From Eledone cirrhosa (Eukaryota): DNA of 57,332 nucleotides. The position numbers and the translations under genes are program-made. Positions 1 to 19,610 of this stretch are shown one piece after another (position 1 is the first letter of the stretch; each line of letters opens with the position of its first letter). The stretch lies in the NCBI GenBank assembly GCA_964016885.1, contig CAXHJY010001358.1, positions 1-57,332 of the forward strand, read 5' to 3'. Below the pieces are notes generated by a model. That model did no database searches, was not told the DNA's origin, and saw only the letters and a list, made by a program, of their open reading frames with translations.

Positions 1-197
1 GTACTATTTATGGTTATGTATGTAATAAAACCTTTAATGGTAATATATTATATATACAAACCTTAAATAGTGAAAGATAGTCATTAATTACTATCCTATT
101 ACCAGTAAGATAAATAGCTCAATGTAATAACATCAGTTGTTTTACAGAGCAGTTATATAGAGATTACAATAATGAAAGTTCAGTTTAAGTCATTTAT

Positions 198-246
198 TTG
201 CTTACAATTGTTTCCTCCAAACCGAGGTTTGGATTCTTCGGAGCAA
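198..246 (-). ncRNA. Minimal type I hammerhead ribozyme-like motif (antisense arm)
   Basis: Minus strand reads TTGCT-CCGAAGA-a-TCCAAAC(ctcg)GTTTGGA-g-GAAA-CAATTG-TA-AGCAA: core with a U4C variant, 7-bp stem II, palindromic stem III, GUA cleavage triplet. Confidence 0.6.
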
Positions 247-1267
247 CTATTTACTGATCTATAACATACTTGACCTCCTTCTCCCCTACCGGGGGGCATA
301 TATAATAGTGGGACCATACCAGGTCCTACTGTTATATTACATTTGCATGGAACAGTGACTTGAGAGTCTGACTCCTCCTATAGAATGTTCAGATAGGACA
401 CCCCTTAATGTATGGTAATCATCTTAATATATACACCCTTGTACTTCTTTATGGACAACTCTCTAACCTATAATTGGGAAACATACTCTAGAAATTAGTT
501 ATAACTTCATATGATAGGCACGTATTTGAATCACCATTAATGTAGTGTAGGATAGTAATTTAACTAGGATAACTAGCAAGTTACCTCCCCTTACGCATTA
601 ATTCCCCTTAGTCATTCAGACACTTCCGGAATTTGGACAGCATGATCTATTAATTAAGAACCGACTGGATACGGTCTATAACTTGATTATATGCTGTACC
701 ATCGCGAATTATACGATAGACACGTGTTCTATATATATTGCGTCTCATGGATTATGTGAGTGGTGGTGTGAGCGAAGACAGTGGTACGGCTTTGCCTACG
801 ATACAATAAGATTTATAGTATGTTGAAAGTTTCTGTTATTTTGGTGTTTCCCTGATCCGAGACTGTATATCATACAGATGTATGAGAATAAATGACTTAA
901 TAATCCAGCCTACATAATAAGATCGATTGCCTGCTTCAACTGCCTGACCCTGCAAATATCATTCTGACGCACTCTAATCATGTATAAATAAGACACGCGT
1001 GCATGCTACACGTGAGATTGTTTCATGCACTGACTACTCTAAGCTTTCCTCTTACTTTATCTTCATAGACTGCCAACGCTTCATGTTTATCTTTATTTTC
1101 ATTCTTGCTTTTATTTTATTTTTATTTTTATCCTGTAACCTTTACATGTAAATTGCCATGCTATATCATGTGATGAGTGTCACCCCACTGTTGATCAATA
1201 TGCGCATATGTTTTATGTGTCTCTTGGGTTGAAAAGGAGGTCAAGTATGTTATAGATCAGTAAATAG

Positions 1268-1316
1268 TTGCTCCGAAGAATCCAAACCTCGGTTTGGAGG
1301 AAACAATTGTTAGCAA
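1268..1316 (+). ncRNA. Minimal type I hammerhead ribozyme-like motif
   Basis: TTGCT-CCGAAGA-a-TCCAAAC(ctcg)GTTTGGA-g-GAAA-CAATTG-TT-AGCAA, followed by AATAAA at 1316-1321; GUU triplet. Confidence 0.6.
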
Positions 1317-1357
1317 ATAAATGACTTAAACTGAACTTTGATTATTGTAATCTCTAT

Positions 1358-8151
<6,794 letters not shown>

Positions 8152-8152
<1 letters not shown>

Positions 8153-11100
8153 TAACTTTGAAATGTTTTGGCCAGTATTGGCCCAGGCCATGTCTAACTT
8201 AATAGCACCACCTGGCGAAGTCTTTCAATTCAGGATTTGGGCACCATGGCCCATTCGAGAAGAGAATTACTGTTTGCGGAGACATATCCGGGTGTGGGTG
8301 GTTTGTCCGGGATTACTTGGAGGAATTTGTCCAAAGACTTCTTGAATTTTGTGTGGTCAGTTTCTGTTTTGACGTGTCCTGGTGTGATGTTGAAGAGAGC
8401 AGGGCCGATTGAGGTGAAATAATTGTGCCGTATTGTTGTTATGAGTTGCGATTTAGATTTTTGAATGGGACGGATAGCACGGGGCCCAAGCCTTGGGTGT
8501 ATCTTGAAGGCGATGCCAACATCATTTGGGCAGTGATGATGGAACATTTTCCACATCATGCAGATAATATAACGCTCACGGCGACGTTGGAGTGAGTAAA
8601 GTTTCAGGTTTTCCAATCGACCCCAGTAGTCAAGGTCTGACATGCCATCTATCTTTTTCGTGATTGCCCTTTGAGGAGCTTCAAGTTTCATGATACTTTG
8701 TTTCGTGTGGGGAGACCACAGTGGACAACAGTATTCAAGGTGTGGTCGGGCGAAAGTAGAGAAGAGAAGGATAATGGTGCGGGAATCTCTCGACTGGAAG
8801 GTTCTGAGGATCCAGGAACACATTCTGCGGGCCATGTCAACTTTGCTGCTTATATGCGTGGTCCAGCTTATGTTGCTGTCCACGGTTACTCCCAAGTCTC
8901 TGATGTTGTTAGATGCCACAAGAGTTTCCCCGGAGGGAAGGGAGTACAGGAGTTTCAGAGCATCCTCTTTTCCAAAGTGGATCAGTTCGAATTTGTCTTC
9001 GTTCAGTAACATGTTGTTCTTTTCTGCCCATTGGGTAACAGCCAGTAGGTCTGACTGAAGGCTTATCCGGTCATCCACGCCATTGATGACCTTTTGGAGC
9101 TTGGAATCATCAGCGAAAATTTTAATGTTGCTGTGTTTGATGATGTCAGTGATGTCATTCAGTGATGTCATTAATATAGATGATGAAGAGAAGTGGGCCC
9201 AACACAGTGCCTTGTGGGACTCCACTACTGACTTTGGCTGGGCTTGATTTGACTCCCTCAACTACAACATGTTGGGTTCTGTTTGACAGGAAGCTCTTGA
9301 TCCACTGCAGCAGCTTTCCAGTGACACCAATATTGGACAGCTTTCTCAGTAGAATGTTATGATCAACCCTGTCAAAGGCCTTGCTGAAATCAAGGTAGAT
9401 AACATCAGTGTTGGAACCCTCTCCCAAGGCTCTCAAAATGTCATCAAAGTGATGCAGTAGTTGCGTCAGGCAATCCCTTCCATTACGGAATCCATGCTGG
9501 TTGGAGTTCAGCATATTGTTACTCTCAAGGAAGTGGGTCATTCGCGATCTCACCACTCGCTCAAATACCTTAATGATATGAGAGGTGAGTGAGATTGGAC
9601 GGTAATTCACGGCAAGGGATTTGTTTCCCTTTTTGAAAACTGGGACAACAGACTGGGATAGAAGGTTTTCTGGCACATATCCAGCATCCAGTGAGTTCCG
9701 CCACAGATTGGCAAGAGGAGAAGCAAGTTGGTGTTGACACGCCTTCAAGACACAAGCAGGGAACCTATCGGGACCTACTGCTGAATTATGCTTGATTTCC
9801 TTTATTGCCGCCAAGACATCAGGGGCGCCAAACGTTATGTCCGATAAGGTGTAATGGGGAGTAACATCGCCGATACAGCCCAGATCGGCCATATCAGGAT
9901 TGCTGAAAACAGAGCAGTATTGTTTCTGCAGTATCTCACCCATGGTTTTAGCATTGTCTTGAAGAGTGCCATTTTCATCAATTAGAGGGCCAACAGTAGA
10001 GCCAGTGATTTTGTGTTTTTTTGCAAATGAAAAGAACACTTTGGGATTGAGTTTGATCTTCTCAATGGCCCAGGCCTCTTCAGCTCTTCTCTGATTGTTG
10101 ATGAGGGACATTATGTTGTTTTGGAGGTTATGTTTTTTAATCTCTAGTGATGAAATGGCAGTCAAGTTGATGTGTTGCTGCTGACAGTATTTCAGCTTGT
10201 TGATTTTTTTGTTCGTTCTCTTAATTTTTCTGATGAGCGTTTTTCTATTTCTAGGGATTCTGCTCTTAGATTTGTTTATAGTTCTTAATGGGGTGTGTTT
10301 AGCACATATGTTTGTAACAGTGTCCACAAATGTCTGCCAGGACTTTTTGATGTTAGTGGGTGTATGAGTGTGCGTGAAGGACCAGTCGACATGTGCAAGA
10401 TCATGACTGATCGCTTCCCAGTTTGCATTGTGGAAATCCATAGCGTCAAACGGATGGACAGGAGAGATGACATTGGGTTTGTATATTGGACGGTGGAATC
10501 TCAGATCACAGAGAACCATGTCATGATCAGAGAGTAGAGTTTTCTCCACTGCAATATTGTGGATATTGTCAGTGTGATTGCTGAAAATTAAGTCTAGGAC
10601 GTTTTTGTGGCACCTCGTTGGTTCGAGCACTAGTTGGGATAGGAAGAAATCATCCATGAAGTCAAGAAGCGATTCCACAGCTTCCCTGTCAGAGGTTGAG
10701 GCAGAAGAACCTGGTGGCAGGGTGTTTGTGGACCAGTCAACTCCGGGGAGGTTGAAGTCCCCCATCATTAAGATGTTGTCAGGGTGACACTCTTGGATGA
10801 AACACTTTATGCTGTTGAGGCATTCCTTGAAGCATGGTACAGGCGTTTGGGGTGGCCTATAGAGCCCAACTACTAATAGGTTGTTGGTTTGACTGAATAC
10901 AGTGACTGCCTCACAGTATCCATTAGTGAATATGTTCATAGCCTCTGTTGAGAAAGAATTATGGACATAAATGGCAGTTCCGCCCTTTCTTCTGCCAGCG
11001 CGATCAGCACGGATGGCTTTGAAATTTTTCACTTTCACCTCGGCTTCCAAGTGGAGGTTACTGAGATGGGTTTCAGTGAGGACGAAGAAAGGGATGTGGT

Positions 11101-11300
11101 TTGGATGGACATCAATCCAGTCCTCCAGGAATTTGATCTTCCATTTTTGAGTATTGGTGGAAGGGCTGATGCCTTGGGCGTTAAGCAAAAATGTAGAGGC
11201 GAGAGTGGATGGTTTTAATTGTTTTGGTGTGTTGTTAATTTGTTTGTTTGTTAATGGCAGCAATGGGAGTTTGTGCAGTGGGGTGATAGTGGAGGGTGGT
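8152..11300 (-). mobile_element. CR1-clade non-LTR retrotransposon, copy A (5'-truncated just upstream of the endonuclease)
   Basis: APE motifs (LLNAQGI, LTETHL, GDFNLP, SDHDMV), RT motifs ([23 protein letters not shown]) and CR1-type [13 protein letters not shown]. Short 3' UTR with a GGCCA-atac-TGGCC hairpin and one TCAAAGTTAT tail unit. Confidence 0.9.
8230..11200 (-). pseudogene. CR1 ORF2 (AP endonuclease + reverse transcriptase), frameshifted
   Basis: Split between track ORFs 9155..12031 and 8230..9261 by a 13-bp tandem duplication (CAGTGATGTCATT, 9147-9172) that is absent from copy B. The start is approximate. Confidence 0.88.
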
Positions 11301-11992
<692 letters not shown>

Positions 11993-11996
<4 letters not shown>

Positions 11997-13567
11997 GTTG
12001 AAATGTTTTGGCCAGTATTGGCCCAGGCCATGTCTAACTTAATAGCACCACCTGGCGAAGTCTTTCAATTCAGGATTTGGGCACCATGGCCCATTCGAGA
12101 AGAGAATTACTGTTTGCGGAGACATATCCGGGTGTGGGTGGTTTGTCCGGGATTACCTGGAGGAATTTGTCCAAAGACTTCTTGAATTTTGTGTGGTCAG
12201 TTTCTGTTTTGACGTGTCCTGGTGTGATGTTGAAGAGAGCAGGGCCGATTAAGGTGAAATAATTGTGCCGTATTGTTGTTATGAGTTGCGATTTAGATTT
12301 TTGAATGGGACGGATAGCACGGGGCCCAAGCCTTGGGTGTATCTTGAAGGCGATGCCAACATCATTTGGGCAGTGATGATGGAACATTTTCCACATCATG
12401 CAGATAATATAACGCTCACGGCGACGTTGGAGTGGGTAAAGTTTCAGGTTTTCTAATCGACCCCAGTAGTCAAGGTCTGACATACCATCTATCTTTTTCG
12501 TGATTGCCCTTTGAGGAGCTTCAAGTTTCATGATACTTTGTTTCGTGTGGGGAGACCACAGTGGACAACAGTATTCAAGGTGTGGTCGGGCAAAAGTAGA
12601 GAAGAGAAGGATAATGGTGCGGGAATCTCTCGACTGGAAGGTTCTGAGGATCCAGGAACACATTCTGCGGGCCATGTCAACTTTGCTGCTTATATGCGTG
12701 GTCCAGCTTATGTTGCTGTCCACGGTTACTCCCAAGTCTCTGATGTTGTTAGATGCCACGAGAGTTTCCCCGGAGGGAAGGGAGTACGGGAGTTTCAGAG
12801 CATCCTCTTTTCCAAAGTGGATCAGTTCGAATTAGTCTTCGTTCAGTAACATGTTGTTCTTTTCTGCCCATTGGGTAACAGCCAGTAGGTCTGACTGAAG
12901 GCTTATCCGGTCATCCACGCCATTGATGACCTTTTGGAGCTTGGAATCATCAGCGAAAATTTTAATGTTGCTGTGTTTGATGATGTCAGTGATGTCATTA
13001 ATATAGATGATGAAGAGAAGTGGGCCCAACACAGTGCCTTGTGGGACCCCACTACTGTCTTTGGCTGGGCTTGATTTGACTACCTCAACTACAACATGTT
13101 GGGTTCTGTTTGACAGGAAGCTCTTGATCCACTGCAGCAGCTTTCCAGTGACACCAATATTGGACAGCTTTCTCAGTAGAATGTTATGATCAACCCTGTC
13201 AAAGGCCTTGCTGAAATCAAGGTAGATAACATCAGTGTTGGAACCCTCTCCCAAGGCTCTCAAAATGTCATCAAAGTGATGCAGTAGCTGCGTCAGGCAA
13301 TCCCTTCCATTACGGAATCCATGCTGGTTGGAGTTCAGCATATTGTTACTCTCAAGGAAGTGGGTCATTCGCGATCTCACCACTCTCTCAAATACCTTAA
13401 TGATATGAGAGGTGAGTGAGATTGGACGGTAATTCACGGCAAGGGATTTGTTTCCCTTTTTGAAAACTGGGACAACAGACTGGGATAGAAGGTTTTCTGG
13501 CACATATCCAGCATCCAGTGAGTTCTGCCACAGATTGGCAAGAGGAGATGCAAGTTGGTGTTGACAC
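11993..13567 (-). mobile_element. CR1-clade LINE copy B, 5'-truncated, nonsense mutation
   Basis: Near-identical to copy A (offset 3840). Covers RT and the 3' end, with a premature stop at 12832-12834 (attagtc vs atttgtc). Confidence 0.9.
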
Positions 13568-13729
13568 ATATATATGTGTATATATATATGTATATGTATA
13601 TATGTGTATATATATATGTATATGTATATATGTGTATATATATATGTATATATATATATGTATATATATATATGTATATGTATATATATATATGTATATA
13701 TATATATGTATATGTATATATATATATGT
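13568..13729. repeat. TG-interrupted (TA)n spacer
   Basis: Direct reading of the sequence. Confidence 0.98.
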
Positions 13730-14081
13730 ATCATCATCATCATCATCAACGTTTAACGTCCGTGTTCCACGCTTGCATGGGTTTGGACGGGGGTAGTCCC
13801 ACTTGAGGCAAGAGTGATTGTCTTGCTCGCATAGGACTGTCTGGCAGGTTTTCTACAGTTGAATGCCCTTCCTAACACCAACCACATTTACAGTGTGGGT
13901 CTGGGAGGTTTTTACCGTGTTGCCTACACGGCCACATTACAGCGTGGACTGTGTGTTTTTTTGTCGTGACACCTACACGATCTCATTTGTTTCGGCCTGG
14001 ATGGCGTGGCACCAACATAACTTTACATAGAACGGGGTGGTGTGGATGGGGTGGGGGTGGCGGCGGGAGGGGTGTATTTTG

Positions 14082-17000
14082 TTAGAGATGCCTACTGGCA
14101 AGGTGGGTCTTCTCTGTTACTGAGTACCGCCATAGGTCACGGTCCAGTGACATTGTCTTGGAGAGGTGTAAGTGTGTGAGGTCGGAGTTTATCAGCTCAT
14201 CCCATGTTTTTCTAGGTCTGCCTATTCCGTGGCTACCGTCTATCTTTATTGCCCTGCACTTTGTAATACAGCTATCGACTTTCATGCGCATCACGTGTCC
14301 ATACCAACGCAGCCTTCTCTCGATTAAACAACATCTGATCCCTCTTATCTCTAATTTTTTCCTTAGTTCGTTTATGCTTTGCCGTTCACGTATATTACTG
14401 TTACACATCCAGCGGAGCATGCAAGCTTCGTTCCTCTCTAGTCTGCGTATATCCTCTGCACACAATGCCCAGGTCTCACTACCATGCAACATTGCTGTTC
14501 GTATGCAGGCATCGTACAACCTGCCTTTCATTTTTAGGGAGAACCCTTTAGCAGCTAATAGTGGTATAAGCTCTCTGAACTTTTTCCAACCAGTTCTGAC
14601 TCTAGCTACAGTACTTTCAGAGCACCCTCCCCCACTGCTGATTTTATCGCCCAGGTAACGGAAGCTGTCCACTATTTCTATAGAACCCTCTGCGCAATTG
14701 AAAGAGCTAGTAGTTTGTGGGCACTTGCTGCTACTTATTGCACCAGAACACCGGCCACATGTAAAGTCTATGTTCTTAGTTAGCTTACCTGTGATCCCAC
14801 TACATCTTTTATGCACCCATACTTTGCATTTAGGACATAAGATGGAGTTTCTACCTACGCCTTTCCTACATACCGAGCACGACCATTTCCCAGAAGGGAC
14901 CGCCGCCTTGTATTCTTTCCTACAAACTAGAACTTTGGTCTTAGCCAGGTTAATTTTAAGTCCTTTTGACTCTAGGCCGTGCTTCCATGTTTGGAATTTC
15001 TTCTCTAGCTCGGCCATTGATTCCGCTATGAGTGTCAGGTCGTCTGCGTATAGGAGTTCCCATGGGCAGCCTGTCTTGAACTCCTCTGTTATAGCCTGAA
15101 GGGCAATAATAAATAGTAGGGGGCTGAGAACAGAGCCCTGATGGACGCCAACTTTTACGCTAAACTCTTCACTATATTCGTTGTTAATTCTAACCTTGCT
15201 GACTGTTTCTTTATACATGGCTTGTATAGCCCTCACAAGCCATTCGTCAACGCCTAGTTTTCTAAGAGCCCACCAGATAATGGAGCGGGGGACTCTGTCG
15301 AAGGCTTTCTCCAGGTCGACAAAAGCTAAGTAGAGGGGTTTACCTTTAGCTAGGTACTTCTCCTGTAGTTGTCGTACTATGAAAAGAGCGTCTGTGGTGC
15401 TTTTGCCTGACACAAACCCGAACTGCATTTCATCTAGATCAATTCTCTCTCTGATTAGTTGCGCTATTACTTTTTCCGTGACCTTCATGACCTGGTCGAT
15501 TAATTTAATGCCTCTATAGTTACTCCTATCTAGGGCGTCTCCTTTACCCTTATAACAGTTAACGATGATGCTACTATGCCAGTCCTTCGGAACAACCCCA
15601 TTCTGTACGACTTGGTTAACTATGCGGGTGACCATGGTGTGTCCCACCGTGCCAGATGCCTTCAGCATCTCAGCAACTATTTCCGAAGGCCCAGCCGCCT
15701 TACCAGTCTTCATATCCTTGATTGCCTTACTTATTATACTCCCCTCTACTAACACTGCTGGTCCCTCTATCGGGTCGATAAGGGGGAGACTGTCTTTCTC
15801 CCATTTATTCTCCTCATTTAGTAGCCTTTCATAGTGACACTTCCAAGCTACCTTCTTATCAGTGTCGGTGATGGCAAGTATGCCATCATCGTTAAGTACA
15901 CACTTCTCCCCGACAATATCACGGTTTTCCTTGACGCATTGCCTGGCAATCCTGAACACCTCACGTTTTTGGTCATCGCGTTGTAGAACATGCTTGAACT
16001 TTCTTTCCTCAGCTTCCCTTCTTGCTAAGTACACTTCTCTCCTAGCTTCCCTCCTGGCCACTTGATAGTCTACTCTACTTCCCCCATCCCGCCATACTTT
16101 CCAAGCCTGCTTTTTGGCCTTAATTGACCCCTCCACCCTATTGTTCCACCACCATGTTACTCTCCTCCTGCCTACAGGCCTGCTCCAGCCACAGACTTCG
16201 TCTGTCGCCAACAGCAGGTTTGCTTTCAGAAATTTCCACTGTCCCTCTATATTGTCCGATTCTAGATGCTCTTCCTTACTGTCGAAAGCATCAAGTAATA
16301 TGCTTTGAAATTTATTTCTGGCTGTGGGGTCCTTTAGTTTCCATATTTTCCTCCTGAGGATAGTCCTCTTCTGCTGTCGGGTGCGTCTCGTCCTGACTAT
16401 GAGGTCGCTAATTATCAGTCTATGTTGGGAGGTGCATTCTTCATGGGGGAGGGATTTAGTGTTTACAACAGACACTCTGTCACGTCTTCTGGTAAGGATA
16501 TAATCTACCTGGCTTGTGTGTTCCCCGGATCTATAGGTAATCAGGTGATTGTCACGTTTTTTGAAGTTAGTGTTACAGATAGTTAGGTTATTTGCATCAC
16601 AGTATTCCAGAATTCTGGAGCCTTCCTCATTTCTAGTACCAAACCCATAGCCTCCATGGATTTCGTCATAGCCGTCACAATGTTGTCCAACGTGACCATT
16701 TAGGTCGCCTGCAATAATTATATAGTCACTGTCAGATATTTGGGAGGTAGTTAGCAACAGTGTCTCATAGAATCTGTCTTTTATAGTGCCGGGCAGTCCG
16801 GATTGGGGTGCGTACGTAGATATTACTGTCACCGTAGTTCTATTGAGGACAAGTCTTATTTTAATTATTCTGTCGTTCACTCTATTTACGTCTATTATCT
16901 TGTCTGCCCACTTTTCTGCTACCATGATTCCTACTCCACCCAGCCCATCGTCGTTTCCCACCCAGAAAAGCTTATAACATCGTTTTTTACCCTCAATGAA

Positions 17001-17264
17001 TCTAGCAGACCCGCCCCTCCACCTGGTCTCTTGAATACAACAAACATCGACCTCCTTACGTTCAAGCATTTCTACAACCTCGTTAGCGCGACCCTTTAGG
17101 GTGCCTACATTTATGGTACCAACTCTGAAGTTTTGGGTTGCGTTTGGAGGGTGGGGGTGGTGGGGGGCGGGAGGAGATAGGGTTATGTTAGCCATCCGCG
17201 GACGAAACAAAGAGGAGTGCTCGCATTCTCGTCCACGAGGTGAATTTGACTTTAACTTTGGCAT
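14082..17264 (-). CDS. RTE-type AP endonuclease / reverse transcriptase polyprotein with PHD-like zinc finger
   Basis: Uninterrupted ORF with APE motifs (GTINVGTL, CIQETRW, YAPQ, GDLNGHVG, SQHRL), RT motifs (FVDLEKAFDRV, GVHQGSVLSP, LYADD) and RTE C-terminal motifs (HGSETW, RLRWYGHVMR, GRPRKTW). In-frame ATGs at 17264 and 17195. Confidence 0.92.
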   Translation of the reverse strand: MPKLKSNSPRGRECEHSSLFRPRMANITLSPPAPHHPHPPNATQNFRVGTINVGTLKGRANEVVEMLERKEVDVCCIQETRWRGGSARFIEGKKRCYKLFWVGNDDGLGGVGIMVAEKWADKIIDVNRVNDRIIKIRLVLNRTTVTVISTYAPQSGLPGTIKDRFYETLLLTTSQISDSDYIIIAGDLNGHVGQHCDGYDEIHGGYGFGTRNEEGSRILEYCDANNLTICNTNFKKRDNHLITYRSGEHTSQVDYILTRRRDRVSVVNTKSLPHEECTSQHRLIISDLIVRTRRTRQQKRTILRRKIWKLKDPTARNKFQSILLDAFDSKEEHLESDNIEGQWKFLKANLLLATDEVCGWSRPVGRRRVTWWWNNRVEGSIKAKKQAWKVWRDGGSRVDYQVARREARREVYLARREAEERKFKHVLQRDDQKREVFRIARQCVKENRDIVGEKCVLNDDGILAITDTDKKVAWKCHYERLLNEENKWEKDSLPLIDPIEGPAVLVEGSIISKAIKDMKTGKAAGPSEIVAEMLKASGTVGHTMVTRIVNQVVQNGVVPKDWHSSIIVNCYKGKGDALDRSNYRGIKLIDQVMKVTEKVIAQLIRERIDLDEMQFGFVSGKSTTDALFIVRQLQEKYLAKGKPLYLAFVDLEKAFDRVPRSIIWWALRKLGVDEWLVRAIQAMYKETVSKVRINNEYSEEFSVKVGVHQGSVLSPLLFIIALQAITEEFKTGCPWELLYADDLTLIAESMAELEKKFQTWKHGLESKGLKINLAKTKVLVCRKEYKAAVPSGKWSCSVCRKGVGRNSILCPKCKVWVHKRCSGITGKLTKNIDFTCGRCSGAISSSKCPQTTSSFNCAEGSIEIVDSFRYLGDKISSGGGCSESTVARVRTGWKKFRELIPLLAAKGFSLKMKGRLYDACIRTAMLHGSETWALCAEDIRRLERNEACMLRWMCNSNIRERQSINELRKKLEIRGIRCCLIERRLRWYGHVMRMKVDSCITKCRAIKIDGSHGIGRPRKTWDELINSDLTHLHLSKTMSLDRDLWRYSVTEKTHLASRHL

Positions 17265-17533
17265 TTTCGCTCTGGGCGTCCAGATTTTTCTCTCCCTTCC
17301 ACTCTCCAGGATTCCGCAGTCTGTCCGTCCATCCATCCATCCATCATATATCGAAGGCAACCGGGCAAGCGATAGTATAGGCCTCTGGCTTATGATTTGG
17401 TCCGCGTAATAATAATAATGGTGATGCGTGGGGGTGGGGGTGGGGGGCTCTGGCTTATAATAATGGTGGTGATGCGGGGGGGGGGGCTCTGGCTTATGAT
17501 TGGTCCACGTATTAAGTATGGTGGTGTGTGGGG

Positions 17534-17614
17534 TAGCTAGCTGGAAGGTTATGAATGTTTTAGCTAGCTGGAAGGTTATGAATGTTTTAGCTAGCTGGAA
17601 GGTTATGAATGTTT
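17534..17614. repeat. 3 x 27-bp tandem repeat TAGCTAGCTGGAAGGTTATGAATGTTT
   Basis: Three exact copies. The last 17 nt are also the first 17 nt of the 560-bp unit. Confidence 0.95.
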
Positions 17615-17877
17615 AACAAGCGATTTAACAAAAAGCAAAACTGCAAGATTTGTTCTGTTCAATACGACAAAAACACCGTATTTAAACCTTAAATAGATAA
17701 CAAAAAAATACAGATTTCGGATTTTGCGAGATTGGATGTTTGTTTGGACTATGTACGGAATTGAGCGTGGAAATGGAGAGAAGAATTGTACTTTACGATT
17801 TACATGAGTCCATCATAGAAATAATTGAAGCAGCGGTGGATTGGCGAAAGTGGATAAACATGAAGGAGAACTTATCT

Positions 17878-17932
<55 letters not shown>

Positions 17933-18451
17933 CTAAGCGAGAGATAGAGGGGAAGAAAGAGAGGGGGGGGAGGGGGAGAGATATTGTGGCTGACCGCAGC
18001 CCCCTCGTGGAGAAGCAAGGAGGGTGAAGGGGTGGATCGGATTTTTGACTTTCAAGTAGCATACTATATATATTTAAGGTAATTTATAAGTAGAATGGGG
18101 AGGATTTTGTTTTTTTTGTTTGAGAATACGATAGAATTAAGGAATTGGACGAATACGATAGAATTAAGATAGAAGGTTATGAATGTTTAACAAGCGATTT
18201 AACAAAAAGCAAAACTGCAAGATTTGTTCTGTTCAATACGACAAAAACACCGTATTTAAACCTTAAATAGATAACAAAAAAATACAGATTTCGGATTTTG
18301 CGAGATTGGATGTTTGTTTGGACTATGTACGGAATTGAGCGTGGAAATGGAGAGAAGAATTGTACTTTACGATTTACATGAGTCCATCATAGAAATAATT
18401 GAAGCAGCGGTGGATTGGCGAAAGTGGATAAACATGAAGGAGAACTTATCT

Positions 18452-18496
<45 letters not shown>

Positions 18497-19015
18497 CTAA
18501 GCGAGAGATAGAGGGGAAGAAAGAGAGGGGGGAGGGGAGGGGGAGAGATATTGTGGCTGACCGCAGCCCCCTCGTGGAGAAGCAAGGAGGGTGAAGGGGT
18601 GGATCGGATTTTTGACTTTCAAGTAGCATACTATATATATTTAAGGTAATTTATAAGTAGAATGGGGAGGATTTTGTTTTTTTTGTTTGAGAATACGATA
18701 GAATTAAGGAATTGGACGAATACGATAGAATTAAGATAGAAGGTTATGAATGTTTAACAAGCGATTTAACAAAAAGCAAAACTGCAAGATTTGTTCTGTT
18801 CAATACGACAAAAACACCGTATTTAAACCTTAAATAGATAACAAAAAAATACAGATTTCGGATTTTGCGAGATTGGATGTTTGTTTGGACTATGTACGGA
18901 ATTGAGCGTGGAAATGGAGAGAAGAATTGTACTTTACGATTTACATGAGTCCATCATAGAAATAATTGAAGCAGCGGTGGATTGGCGAAAGTGGATAAAC
19001 ATGGAGAACTTATCT

Positions 19016-19060
<45 letters not shown>

Positions 19061-19563
19061 CTAAGCGAGAGATAGAGGGGAAGAAAGAGAGGGGGGGGAG
19101 GGGGAGAGATATTGTGGCTGACCGCAGCCCCCTCGTGGAGAAGAAAGGAGGGTGAAGGGGTGGATCGGATTTTTGACTTTCAAGTAGCATACTATATATA
19201 TTTAAGGTAATTTATAAGTAGAATGGGGAGGATTTTGTTTTTTTTGTTTGAGAATACGATAGAATTAAGGAATTGGACGAATACGATAGAATTAAGATAG
19301 AAGGTTATGAATGTTTAACAAGCGATTTAACAAAAAGCAAAACTGCAAGATTTGTTCTGTTCAATACGACAAAAACACCGTATTTAAACCTTAAATAGAT
19401 AACAAAAAAATACAGATTTCGGATTTTGCGAGATTGGATGTTTGTTTGGACTATGTACGGAATTGAGCGTGGAAATGGAGAGAAGAATTGTACTTTACGA
19501 TTTACATGAGTCCATCATAGAAATAATTGAAGCAAGTGGATAAACATGAAGGAGAACTTATCT

Positions 19564-19610
<47 letters not shown>

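Larger units (their letters stand above)
157..1357 (+). mobile_element. Non-coding Penelope-like element fragment with inverted pseudo-LTR ends
   Basis: 124-bp inverted repeats at 157-280 and 1234-1357 (2 mismatches). Each arm carries a minimal hammerhead motif followed by AATAAA. The 3' end runs into the (TA)n array and the left end abuts TTATAT. There is no ORF in the interior. A 5'-inverted pLTR with a hammerhead is typical PLE architecture. Confidence 0.65.
13730..17614 (-). mobile_element. RTE-clade non-LTR retrotransposon, copy 1, apparently intact
   Basis: (GAT)n 3' tail at 13730-13748, ~330-bp 3' UTR, single long ORF and a repeat-rich 5' region. The 5' boundary is uncertain because it merges with the 560-bp array. 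Confidence 0.9.

Noticed and set aside
86-560. 13-bp inverted match AATTACTATCCTA / TAGGATAGTAATT
   Set aside because: It does not extend and is plausible by chance in AT-rich DNA.
851-900. Possible third hammerhead/pLTR (hairpin plus AATAAATGACTTAA shared with 1316-1329)
   Set aside because: There is no GAAA half-core and only a 14-bp AT-rich match.
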